Under the pieces are notes generated by a model. It searched no databases and was not told the origin of the DNA. It worked only from the letters and a program-made list of their open reading frames with translations. Of a stretch of 64,000 bases of DNA, positions 10,537 to 20,054 are shown piece after piece; the stretch's first letter is position 1; each line of letters begins with the position of its first letter. Origin of the DNA: Alphaproteobacteria bacterium (GTDB lineage: Bacteria > Pseudomonadota > Alphaproteobacteria > MPNO01). The position numbers and the translations under genes are program-made. The stretch covers positions 2,080,001 to 2,144,000 of the forward strand of contig CBDFLJ010000001.1 in assembly GCA_965248835.1 (NCBI GenBank), written 5' to 3'.

Positions 10537-11776
10537 ATGCAACCAAGGATGAAGACGCTAACGGCGTGCCTGTTGTTGGCCGTGGGGCTGTCCCAGGTGT
10601 CCATTGCGGACGCGGAGGCCGCCGAGCCGTTCAAGCCGAGCAACATGAGCTCTCATGGCGCACAGTTCTTCAGGGAGCTGCTGACGGGCAGGGTGTACGT
10701 GTTCCATCTCCCATACGCCGCGTGGGGGCCAAATGCGGCTAAAGGGAGGACTTTAAGGGGTTATTACTTTCGCTCACGTGACGAGCTGGTTTACTGCGGC
10801 CGTAATAGTTTCAGCGGAGAGTACGATGGCAGGCTCTTCCGGTGGCGGGTGGTCTACAAGAACCACGCCAGGCTTCACGTTCACAAAGCGGGTGTGGAAC
10901 CTGACCCGAAGTTTGTCAAAGCGCATTTGCCGATGTTCTACGACCCCGAGACGGGTGCGCTGGACCTGGAGTCTTTCACCCGCTCTTCCCGGATGTGGCT
11001 GCACTATAGGGGCGGCCATGTGCAGGAGACTTGGCCGCGGGCGTTGAAGAATGCCTGCCCCGACCTCGACCTTCCCGGCGATCTGGCGATCAACGAACGG
11101 CAAACCTCGCGCACTTGGCACGCGTTTCAGGCGCAGGATCCGGACGCGCCGATCCGCAACTTCGCGGGCTCGCATCTGCGGGTGCTGGGCGCGAGGGGGT
11201 TTACCAAGAATACCCCCCTGGTCACCGAGGCCGAGATCCGGGCGTGGGTGAGGGCCAATGACGGCACAATCGTGCGCAACACCTGGGGTGTGCCTCGCGT
11301 GCTCGTGGCCGGCAGGGGCGCGGAGCGGAAGAACGAGATCTGGAAGCTCGGCTGGAGCGGCGAAGGCGAAGTCGTAGATACGGCTTACGCGAGCAAGGCG
11401 GCGAACGGGCAGGAAATCCATCTTAAATGGGAGAGCGAAGCGCGTGTACCGCTACCACATCGGCTATCCCTTGGGCTACGCCCCTACCGGCCAGCGCTTC
11501 GCCGCCTTCCTGCTGTCGGACTGGATGGTCTCTCAGGATCGCGAGATCGGCCTGCCCTTCTCCGGCCGCGAGAATGTCGGCTTCCGGTTCGCCGCCGACG
11601 GCACGCTCAGTGCCCGCACGGTGGATGGCAAGACGATCCCCGGCACCTGGCGGTGGTCGCGCGGCAGGCTGAACATCCGGCTCGATGGCATCGAGGAAGC
11701 GGCCACCTATAGATGGCGTGCCGTGGCCGAGCATTTGCGCTGGACGCCGCCTGCCAGGTCGCGCGGGCAAAGGTAG
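10537..11776 (+). pseudogene. Secreted hypothetical protein, frameshifted near 11440
   Basis: RBS AAGGAG; signal peptide MKTLTACLLLAVGLSQVSIADAEA; protein-like reading continues in frame 11444-11776. Confidence 0.6.
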
Positions 11777-12009
11777 ACGGCGTGGCGCGTCGTCCCCGCC
11801 GGCTTGGTGTCGGTGGTGCGGTTCTCGCGCTGTTGCTCCCGTTCGCCGCGGCGGCGCAGGAACCGGCACCGTTGCCGCTGCCGTCAAACGACGCCTGGTT
11901 GGATCCCGGACCGCGTTCTCAGGGGGGCGCTGTGGATCGCGGATCGGCGCCGGAGCCCGCCAATCCGCCCGTGAGGCATTCTCCCACCCGGAGCGCTGAA
12001 ACGCTTCCG

Positions 12010-12325
12010 TCCGCCGGAGCCGCAACCGTCGCGGACCTGGCCTTCCATGCCGCGGCGAGTCTTCACCGCCAGAGCCTCGAGGAACGTTTCATTCATCGGG
12101 TCCTTGAACCCGACGTGCATAGCGTTAATTTCCTCTTCCTCGAGTGTGACCAGTTTCACTCCGTAGTAGCGGAGCCGTTTGTAGATCGTTGCCGTGTCCG
12201 CCTGATCGCGGCTGAGGCGATCAAGCGCGTCGGCGTAGATTGCCTCGAAGCAACCGTTCTTGGCGTCTGCCATGAGCTTCTGCAGGCCATCGCGTTGGTG
12301 GACCGACGCACCGGAGGCCGCGCCG
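12010..12325 (-). pseudogene. Large serine recombinase, N-terminal catalytic-domain fragment
   Basis: SGAS..RDGLQKLMADA, ALDRLSRDQAD, KTRRGMEGQV. Confidence 0.8.
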
Positions 12326-12576
12326 TCGCGGAACTCGAGATCGGTCTGCGCACTCTCCAGCAGGTGTGCGTCAACGGTCAAGACCTTTTGCTTGAGACGA
12401 TCGCTCGCCCGGGCGGCGGCCGCCCGGTAGCGGGCGCGATGGCAGGCGCCGAGGGGCCGGCTCGAACCGAACCGTCTGGTGTTCGTCGCCGAGACCTGGA
12501 CACCTCTAAAAAACCCCTCACCGCGGAATATAGAATGTTCACAGATGTTTTATTTCAATATCTTACGGACCACTTG
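12321..12576 (+). repeat. ~255 bp direct repeat, copy B'
   Basis: Matches 9736-9991. Confidence 0.9.
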
Positions 12577-12642
12577 GCTACCGGTGTGAGGCAGGACTGA
12601 ACCGGGATTCTCCGTATTGCAAATCCCCCTTAGAGTGTTGCT

Positions 12643-13494
12643 ATGAAAAAGATCCCACTCTCGCGGGACAGCCGCCGCCGTATCAAACATGCCAATGCGT
12701 ATTACGTTGAGGGCCGAATCGGCGCTTACTCCTACGACCATATATACGGAGCCGCCGCGTCTGCCGCGGCAGATTTTTTCATCGACTGGGCCGCGCGGTT
12801 CGGCGGCCCGGTGTTGGAACTCGGCGCCGGGACCGGGTTGATAAGCTGGCCCGTCGCGGCGGCTGGTTTCGACGTCGTCGCGGTCGATTTATCGGCCGAA
12901 ATGCTCGCCCTCGCTGAGCGAAAGCAAGAGCACTACCCGCAGGATGTCGTCGATCGCCTCCGGTTCATCCGTGCCGACATGGTCGACTTCGAGATCGAGC
13001 AGCGGTTTCGAACGGTGATGCTGCCGGGACGATCGTTCCAGCATCTGCTGACGCCCGAGGACCAGCGCGCCGCGCTGCGTCAAATCCACACCCACCTCGA
13101 ACCGGGCGGTGGCCTGGTTCTGACGCTTTTCGACCCCGATCTACGATATTGCGTTCCCGGCGCACGGCCGCCGATCGAACGGGAGCAGTTCGAAGACCCG
13201 GCCTCGGGACACCGGATCCGCCGGACGTTTCTCGATCGCCAAACCGATCCCCTACGTCAGGTGTTCAGCGAAACGATTCGCCTGGAATTGCTCGAAGCCG
13301 GCGGCAAGATTTTAGCCTCCCAAAAAACACGATGGTCGATGCGCTGGAGCTATCAACAAGAAATGCGCTATTTGATCGAAGCCAGCGGCTTTGAGATTGA
13401 CGCTTTATTTTCCGATTTTTCCGGCGCCCCGGCGGATTATGGTGAGGAACAAATCTGGATCGCCCACCGCGGGAAATCTCTGCCAACGCGATAA
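12643..13494 (+). CDS. Class I SAM-dependent methyltransferase
   Basis: VLELGAGTG, VAVDLSAEML, IRADM, HLEPGG. Confidence 0.9.
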   Translation: MKKIPLSRDSRRRIKHANAYYVEGRIGAYSYDHIYGAAASAAADFFIDWAARFGGPVLELGAGTGLISWPVAAAGFDVVAVDLSAEMLALAERKQEHYPQDVVDRLRFIRADMVDFEIEQRFRTVMLPGRSFQHLLTPEDQRAALRQIHTHLEPGGGLVLTLFDPDLRYCVPGARPPIEREQFEDPASGHRIRRTFLDRQTDPLRQVFSETIRLELLEAGGKILASQKTRWSMRWSYQQEMRYLIEASGFEIDALFSDFSGAPADYGEEQIWIAHRGKSLPTR

Positions 13495-13619
13495 ACCGAC
13501 ATTTCCCGGATGACCTCCAATTCGCAGCCAGTCGCAGGTGACTCCTATCACCGATTGGAGGACTTTTCCTCTGCGGCAATCCGACAGTGCCGATTTGATG
13601 ATTGGGCCAACGTGGTGCG

Positions 13620-13944
13620 CCGCGGGCCCGCGGCCGAGATCGAAGCCGCCGTCATCGACCGGCTTCGGGGCCTGCTGCGCCAACCCGAGATCGTCGTCGC
13701 CACCTGGCGCGCGGTTCGGGAACGGGACGACGCGCTCACCGAGGCCGAGGTACGTGAGGCCCTTCACGGCCTCGATCCCCTGTAGGACGAGTTGTTCCCC
13801 GCCGAGCAGGCCCGCCTGGTCCGGCTTCTCGTCCGGCGTGTCGAGGTCCAGCCAAACGGGTTGAGGCTGCATCTCCGCGTCGACGGGCTCCGAAGTCTGG
13901 TCGCCGACATGAGGGTGGAACAGAGCCAGCGGAGGGCCGCCTGA
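13620..13944 (+). pseudogene. Large serine recombinase C-terminal fragment with premature TAG (13783)
   Basis: PAAEIEAAVIDRLRGLLRQPEIV...LDPL*DELFPAEQARLVRLLVRRVEV, typical of alphaproteobacterial island/prophage resolvases. Confidence 0.75.
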
Positions 13945-14351
13945 TGACCGACGCCCAGCTCAGCGAAGACGGCGCCACCCTCACCGTCTGGGCCCCCATG
14001 GCCTTCAAGGCCCGCGGCGGGCGCAAGCTGGTGGTCTCGCCCGACGGTATGCCGGCCTGGGCTGGGCCCCGAAGCCGGGTCGACGACACCCTGGTCAAGG
14101 CGCTCGCCCGCGCTTTCCGCCGGCGCCGGCTGCTGGAGACCGGCGTCCACGGCACGGTCGACGAGATCGCCCGCGCCGAGGGCATCAACGATTCCTACCT
14201 GAGCCGCATCCTGCGCCTCACCCTGCTCGCGCCCGACATCGTGGACGCGATCCTCGACGGACGCCAGCAGCCCGTGCTCACGATGGCGCGGTTGATGAAG
14301 CCGTTTCCGGCGGCGTGGGAGGATCAGAGGGCGCGTTTGCTGGACGGGTGA
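13944..14351 (+). CDS. Recombinase-associated HTH-like hypothetical protein
   Basis: RGGRKLVV, LVKALARAFR, SYLSRILRLTLLAPDIVDAILDGRQ; TGATG coupling to the recombinase relic. Confidence 0.7.
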   Translation: MTDAQLSEDGATLTVWAPMAFKARGGRKLVVSPDGMPAWAGPRSRVDDTLVKALARAFRRRRLLETGVHGTVDEIARAEGINDSYLSRILRLTLLAPDIVDAILDGRQQPVLTMARLMKPFPAAWEDQRARLLDG

Positions 14352-14385
14352 GGTGGCGTGAGCCGATTGGTTCCCACACGGTCGC

Positions 14386-15064
14386 TGCGCCCCGGCGGGG
14401 TTCTTGCGCCGCCGGTCTTCACCGTCCACCGCGCATCTGTGTCCTTCTGCGCCGCCTTGGCCGGCTGATCGGGCCAGATCTCGGACGCGCTCTTGCCCGC
14501 CTTGATCGCCGCCTTCTCGTCGTCGCTGTTGCCTGCTTGGGCGCCGATACCAACGTCGCATCGACGATCTGCCCGCCCATCGCCAGATAGCCGCACCGGC
14601 GCAGTTCGCCATCGAAGGCGGCAAACAGCTTATCCATCGCCCCGGCCCGGACCAGACGCTCGCGAAAGATCCATATGGTGTTGCGGTCCGGCGTCGGCGC
14701 TCCGAGATCGAAGCCCAGGAAGCGAAGCCAGCTCAAGCGGTCGCGGATCAGAAACTCCATCCGCTCGTCGCTCACCGTGTGCCGCGCGGCCAGGATCAGT
14801 ACCTTGAACATCGCCACCGCATCGTAGGCCGGGCGGCCGCCTTTCGATCCGTCCGAATAGCCCAGCGCCGCCTCAAGCGGCGCGCGGAAAATCTCGAAGT
14901 CGACGACCTTCGCCAGCACCTCCAACGGATCACCCGTCGCCGATAGCTTCCGAAGATGATCCGGTAAGCCGAACAGACCAGCCTGCCTCATCAATACCTC
15001 CTCGAACCGAACCGCCGTAGAGAATCACAACCAGGCAAAATTCGCGAGGTAAATGGAGGCGTCC
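14386..15064 (-). pseudogene. IS5-group transposase, N-terminal half with IS end
   Basis: MRQAGLFG, GGRPAYDAVAMFKVL, DRLSWLRFLG, IVDATLV; end-like GGACGCCTCCATTT at 15064; includes repeat copy A'. Confidence 0.85.
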
Positions 15065-15188
15065 AATTGGAATGGAGGCGCCATACCGGCAATTGAGCTT
15101 TTGCCGTCGGCCCTGTTTTCCGTAAGATTGTTGACCGACAGAACAAATCCGGGGCACGTTGCAGAGAGCCCCGAGGGAGGATGCAACC

Positions 15189-16244
15189 ATGAGGAATTCG
15201 TTCAAGAACGCATTCGTTGCCGCAGCCGTCGCTGCGCTTGTCTGGGTGCCATCCGCGGGCGCCAAGACGGTCGAGCTCAAATACGCGGGTTTCGTCCCTG
15301 CCGGCCATTTCATGTCGAAATACATCACAGCCTGGGCCGCCAAGCTCGAAGCGCTGTCGATCGGGGGGATGAAGATCGCCCTCTACCACGGCGCCCAAAT
15401 GGGCCCGCCGCCCAAATACTACGACATAGCGCGCAAGGGCGTCGCCGACTTCACCTGGATCCTGCACGGGGCCACGCCGGGTCGTTTCCCGCTAAACGAG
15501 CTGATCCAATTGCCCTACACGGTGCCGAGCGCCGAGGTCGGCACGCTGGTTCTCAACCAGCCCGATCTCAGAGAGATGCTCGACAAGGAGCACCGCGGGC
15601 TCAAGGTCCTATACCTTCTGACCCACCAGCCGGGCAACCTGCACACCAGGACGCGTCCGGTGCGCACGGCCGAGGACATGAAGGGGCTGCGCATCCGCTT
15701 TGCCTCGCCGACCATTCGCGAGTGGGTCCGGGCGCTCGGCGGAACGCCGGTCGGAATGCCGCCGACCCAGATCGCCGACGGCCTGCAGAAGGGCACCATC
15801 GACGGCGTGTTTATCGACTATGGCGGGGCGCACACGGCATTCAAGCTGGGCGGACTCGTCAAGCACACGACCGAGATGTACTCCTACGTTTCGAGCTTCT
15901 CCGTCGTCATGAACCCCAAGTCGTTCAGCAAGCTGTCCAGGACCTACCAGGATCTCATCACCTCGTCGACGACCGGCATCGCGCGCGAGGTCGGGCGGAT
16001 GTGGGACGCCGCCGACGCCCCCGGCAAGGCGTATCTCGTGAGCGAGGGCGGCGAGACGATCCACCTGTCCGAGGTCGAAGACGCCAAGTTCAAGAGCATC
16101 GCCCAGAGCGTCAGCGAAAGCAGGCTCGCCGAGCTCGAAGGCAAGGGACTGCCGGCGCGCGAGATCTACGGCAAGATGAGAGCGTATTCCGAGAAGTTCG
16201 CGGCGTCGGCGAAGAACTTCTGGGTCGGGCTGAAACGCCGTTAG
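15189..16244 (+). CDS. dctP: TRAP transporter substrate-binding protein
   Basis: Signal peptide; TPGRFPL, DMKGLRIR, LGGTPVGMP, LQKGTIDG. Confidence 0.9.
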   Translation: MRNSFKNAFVAAAVAALVWVPSAGAKTVELKYAGFVPAGHFMSKYITAWAAKLEALSIGGMKIALYHGAQMGPPPKYYDIARKGVADFTWILHGATPGRFPLNELIQLPYTVPSAEVGTLVLNQPDLREMLDKEHRGLKVLYLLTHQPGNLHTRTRPVRTAEDMKGLRIRFASPTIREWVRALGGTPVGMPPTQIADGLQKGTIDGVFIDYGGAHTAFKLGGLVKHTTEMYSYVSSFSVVMNPKSFSKLSRTYQDLITSSTTGIAREVGRMWDAADAPGKAYLVSEGGETIHLSEVEDAKFKSIAQSVSESRLAELEGKGLPAREIYGKMRAYSEKFAASAKNFWVGLKRR

Positions 16245-16248
16245 GTCC

Positions 16249-16752
16249 GTGCCCGCCGTGGGGCTGGATGCGGCCTTCGATACGGCGGCGCGGTATCTGA
16301 CCCGCGCCGCCGTCCTCTTTCTCGCCGCGATGATGATGATCACCGTGGTGGACATCCCGTTGCGGGCGATCAACCTGCCGATCTTCGGTACCTTCGACCT
16401 GGTCGAACTGTTTCTGGTCGCGATGGTCTATCTGGCCATCCCCGAGACCTTCCTGCGCCGCGAGCACGTCGTCGTCGAGGTCCTCGACCATGTCTTCGGG
16501 CCGCGGCTGCGGCCCGTGTTCGAGACGATCTCGACCGGGCTCGCGCTCGTTCTGCTGGTCCTGATGGAAATTCACATGGTCGAGCCCGCGCTGGACATGT
16601 ACGCGTTCGGCGACGAAACCAAGGACCTCGAGATCCCGAAGATTGTCCACTGGGTGCCGATCCTGCTCGGCATCGCCTGCTCGATGCTGGCGGTGGCGTT
16701 GTTGTTCGTGCGCGACATGCTGCGGCTTACCAGATCGGTGCGGATCCGATGA
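16249..16752 (+). CDS. dctQ: TRAP small permease
   Basis: 4 TM helices, EHVVVEVL motif, between dctP and dctM. Confidence 0.85.
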   Translation: MPAVGLDAAFDTAARYLTRAAVLFLAAMMMITVVDIPLRAINLPIFGTFDLVELFLVAMVYLAIPETFLRREHVVVEVLDHVFGPRLRPVFETISTGLALVLLVLMEIHMVEPALDMYAFGDETKDLEIPKIVHWVPILLGIACSMLAVALLFVRDMLRLTRSVRIR

Positions 16753-18050
16753 GCTCGGAGGTCATCGGCATAATCGGCGTCCTCGCGCTGATCGTGCTCA
16801 TCATGCTGCGCGTCAAGATCGCCATCGCGCTCGGGATCGTCGGGTTGGTCGGGTACGCCGCGCTCGACGGCTGGAGCACCGCGTTCATCGTGCTCGGGAC
16901 GACGCCGTTCGACCTTACCGCAGGCTACGCGCTTTCGGTGATGCCGCTGTTCATCCTGATGGGGGTGGTGTCGGGGCATTCGGGCATGTCGCGCGAGCTG
17001 TTCGATGCCGCCAACGCGCTGTTCTCCGGCCGCCGCGGCGCGCTGGCGATGGCAACCATCGGGGCGTGCGCGGGGTTCGGCTGCATCTGCGGCTCCTCGC
17101 TCGCGACGGCGGCAACGATGGCCCGGATCGCGGTTCCAGAGATGCAGCGGCTCGGCTACGACGACCGGCTGTCGACCGGCGCGGTCGCGATGGGCGGCAC
17201 GCTCGGCATCCTGATCCCGCCCTCGGTCATGCTGGTGCTCTATGCGATCGTCGCGGAGCAGTCGGTCCCGCAGCTCTTCGCGGCCGGGCTGATCCCGGGG
17301 ATCGTGCTCGCCGCGCTGCAGATCGTCGTGATCTGGGTGATCTCGCGTGTGCTGCCCGGATGGACGCCCGAGAGCGTAGCGATGCCGTGGTCGCGCCGGA
17401 TCCGCCATCTGACCGGGATGTGGAAACTCCTGCTCCTCTTCTTCTTCGCCGTCGGCGGCATCTATGCCGGCATCTTCAGCCCGACCGAGGCTGCCGCCGT
17501 CGCTGCCTTCGGCGCCATCGCGATCGCCGCGCTCACGCGTCGCATCGGCTGGAACGTGCTTCTCGACAGCATGGTCGAGACCGTGCGCACCTCGGCGATG
17601 TTGTTCTTCATCCTGATTACGGCGTTCCTGTTCTCCTATTTCCTTGTACGCACCCAAGTGCCTGCGGGGCTGGTGGGCTGGGTCAAGGCAACGGGTCTGT
17701 CGCCCTGGCTGGTCGTGGTCACGCTGGTGGCGTTCTATGTCGTTCTCGGCTGCGTGCTCGAATCGATCGCGATGATGCTGATCACCGTGCCGGTGTTCCT
17801 GCCGCTCCTGATCGAGCTCGGATACGACCCGGTCTGGTTCGGAGTGCTGCTGGTGGTGGTGATCGAGATCGGCTTGGTGACGCCCCCGGTCGGGCTCAAC
17901 ATTTTCGTCATCCGTTCGCAGGTGCCGGAGATCCCTTTGTCGTCGATCTACGCCGGCATCCTGCCTTTCCTTGCGGCCGCCTTCGTGCTGGTGGTGCTGA
18001 TGCTGGTGGTGCCTGAACTGGCGCTCTGGCTGCCGAGCGTTCTCTATTGA
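16749..18050 (+). CDS. dctM: TRAP large permease
   Basis: PLFILMG, GSSLATAA, GGTLGILIPPS, TPPVGLN. Confidence 0.93.
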   Translation: MSSEVIGIIGVLALIVLIMLRVKIAIALGIVGLVGYAALDGWSTAFIVLGTTPFDLTAGYALSVMPLFILMGVVSGHSGMSRELFDAANALFSGRRGALAMATIGACAGFGCICGSSLATAATMARIAVPEMQRLGYDDRLSTGAVAMGGTLGILIPPSVMLVLYAIVAEQSVPQLFAAGLIPGIVLAALQIVVIWVISRVLPGWTPESVAMPWSRRIRHLTGMWKLLLLFFFAVGGIYAGIFSPTEAAAVAAFGAIAIAALTRRIGWNVLLDSMVETVRTSAMLFFILITAFLFSYFLVRTQVPAGLVGWVKATGLSPWLVVVTLVAFYVVLGCVLESIAMMLITVPVFLPLLIELGYDPVWFGVLLVVVIEIGLVTPPVGLNIFVIRSQVPEIPLSSIYAGILPFLAAAFVLVVLMLVVPELALWLPSVLY

Positions 18051-18204
18051 CCGCAGGGCCGTGACCCGGCGGCGTCTCGCGCCGTCGGATCCAGAGCGCG
18101 CATTCGCTCAGTCCAAAGCGGCTCTCGAACCAGCAAAGCGCTCTGTCGTCCTGATCAAGAAATTTATGGGAATAAGTTCATTGGCTGTGCTGAAGCGATG
18201 ACTG

Positions 18205-18418
18205 AAACGGCTGCACGGCGACGACATCCCGCTGCCGGTGCTCGCCCAGAGCGAGATCGATACGGGGCGGGCTTGGGTCTATGTCCCAGACGACGCCCTG
18301 TTCGGCGGTGCGGATCCGCCGGCGGTGCTGTTCCGCTACTCCAGGAACAGCTCGAGGATCATCCGGTCGAGCATCTGCGCGGCTTCGGCAGGAACCTGCA
18401 GGCCGACGCCTATGCCGG
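18205..18418 (+). pseudogene. IS66 transposase (TnpC) internal fragment
   Basis: LHGDDIPLPVLA..DTGRAWVYV.DD..FGGADPPAVLFRYSR...LQADAYAG. Confidence 0.8.
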
Positions 18419-19264
18419 TCGCGCGCCCTCGACCGTGGTGCGGTGCATGTGACGGCGGTATTGAGGGTCGTAGAGCGTGGCGTGATGGATCGTGCCGCGG
18501 TTGTCCCAGCACAGATAGTCGTTGGCCCGCCATTTGTGGATATGGCGAAACTCGTCCTTCAGCAGATGGACGAATAGCCCGTCGAGCAGCGCGCGGCCCT
18601 CGGTCTCGTCCATCCCGACGACCGCGATGGTGAAGCCGGGGCTGACATAGAGCGCCTTGCGCCCGGTATCCTCGTTGGTGCGCACGATCGGATGGACAAC
18701 GTCTCTGAGCCTTGCCTTCTGTGCGCCGGTGAGCGCCGGCCGCGCGCCGGGACGGCTCTGGTTGCGCTCGTAGTTGGCGGTGTAGGAATGCACCGCCTGC
18801 AAACCCGCGATCCGCCGCTGGGTCGCCTCAGGCAAGGTCTCGTATGCGCGGCACATGTCGACGAACATGGTGTCGCCGCCCTCCGGCGGGATATCGATGG
18901 CGTAGAGCATGGTCGCGAGCGACGGCGCCTCTTCGTATGACAGGTCGGAATGCCAATAGCGTCCCGCGTCCTCGAAGCCAAGCGCGGTGCCGTCCGGCGC
19001 CTTGTCGTTCGACAGCACCAGCATCTCGGGTTCATCGGGATGATGGAACTGGGTCAGCACATGGATCTGCAGCGGCCCGAACCGGCGGCTGAACGCGACC
19101 TGGTGCTCGGGTTCGATCTGTTGATCGCGGATCACCATGATCCCGGCCTCGAAGAAAGCCCGGCGGAGCCGCGCGAAATCCGCGTCCGCCAACGGCTGAG
19201 CGAGATCGAGCCCCAGCACCTCGACGCCGAAATGTGCGCTCAGCCGGCGTATCTCGAAGTCCAT
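18410..19264 (-). CDS. TauD/TfdA family Fe(II)/2-oxoglutarate dioxygenase
   Basis: WHSDLSY, GGDTMF, HPIVRT, WDNRGTIH, RHMHR. Confidence 0.92.
   Translation of the reverse strand: MDFEIRRLSAHFGVEVLGLDLAQPLADADFARLRRAFFEAGIMVIRDQQIEPEHQVAFSRRFGPLQIHVLTQFHHPDEPEMLVLSNDKAPDGTALGFEDAGRYWHSDLSYEEAPSLATMLYAIDIPPEGGDTMFVDMCRAYETLPEATQRRIAGLQAVHSYTANYERNQSRPGARPALTGAQKARLRDVVHPIVRTNEDTGRKALYVSPGFTIAVVGMDETEGRALLDGLFVHLLKDEFRHIHKWRANDYLCWDNRGTIHHATLYDPQYRRHMHRTTVEGARPA
18414..18527 (+). repeat. 114 bp direct repeat, copy D (TauD 3' end; partner 41731-41844)
   Basis: Identical except three substitutions. Confidence 0.93.
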
Positions 19265-19459
19265 GGCCTGGTGTCCGGTCTCGACCTTGGGCAACGGAGT
19301 GATTTCTTCGATCCCGGTGACCCCGTAGCTGCCCTGACATTCTCGGCGACCGGCCCACCAGGCGGTCCAGTTTGGATGCTAGTTGATTTGTGTCGGTAAG
19401 GCCATGTTTGAGGTGACCAGCCGATCGCCCCAACCGCTGGCAAATCCGATCACGGCACG

Positions 19460-19835
19460 ATCTGAGAACGGCGGCGGAATAATCCCCCACTAAAGCGGCC
19501 GGGTTGGTCCGGCGGCGGCTCAATTTTGGGCCACCGATAGCCTTCGACCGGGATGAACCGGTGAAGGCAGGGGGTGTATCGGGTGGAGCTCTATGCGCGA
19601 GCACGGCTGGCAAGCCGTGTTGAAGGTTTGAGCCGGCGGGAGGCGGCGCTTCGGTTCGAGATCGACCGCAAGACGGTCGCCAAGATGCTGGCGTTCTCGG
19701 TGCCACCGGATTAGGCGCTCCTACAACCGCGAGGACATGGTGGGTGATCCGGTCGAGCAGGGCGCCGGTGAGACGTTCGCTGGCGAAGACGGAGGTCCAT
19801 TCCTGGAACGGCAGGTTCGAGGTGACGATGGTGAT
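19460..19835. mobile_element. IS21-family relic: left end + istA N-terminus (+) abutting istB C-terminus (-)
   Basis: YRVELYARAR..EGLSRREAALRFEIDRKTVAKML (+); IVTSNLPFQEWTSVFASERLTGALLDRITHH (-). Confidence 0.75.
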
Positions 19836-20054
19836 GAACCGGTTACGTGCCATCGCCGTTGCTCGACACTCCGTCGTCAACCCGGTTCTTCAGCGCGCGC
19901 GAAGCTCGGAACATCACCACCCGGCGCGCCGACACCGGCGCCTCTTTCCGAGCAGCGACCCATGCAGCCGGGCCGCGCCGCGGTGACCGGAGGCTCGACA
20001 ATTGCATGAGCGCGCAAAACCTGATCCCCTTTGTCGCAGGGGGTGTCTTTTCCG

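Larger units (their letters stand above)
12575..14335 (+). repeat. ~1.76 kb direct repeat, copy C (partner 44305-46064)
   Basis: From TGGCTACCGGTGTGAGG to GATCAGAGGGCGCG; colinear with scattered substitutions and a 1-bp indel. Confidence 0.97.

Noticed and set aside
12643-13494. DNA methyltransferase / restriction-modification
   Set aside because: Small-molecule class I MTase motifs; no DPPY/NPPY or PC catalytic motif and no nuclease partner.
19032-19880. 282-aa ORF as intact IstB
   Set aside because: Only ~35 residues resemble the IstB C-terminus; no Walker A motif.
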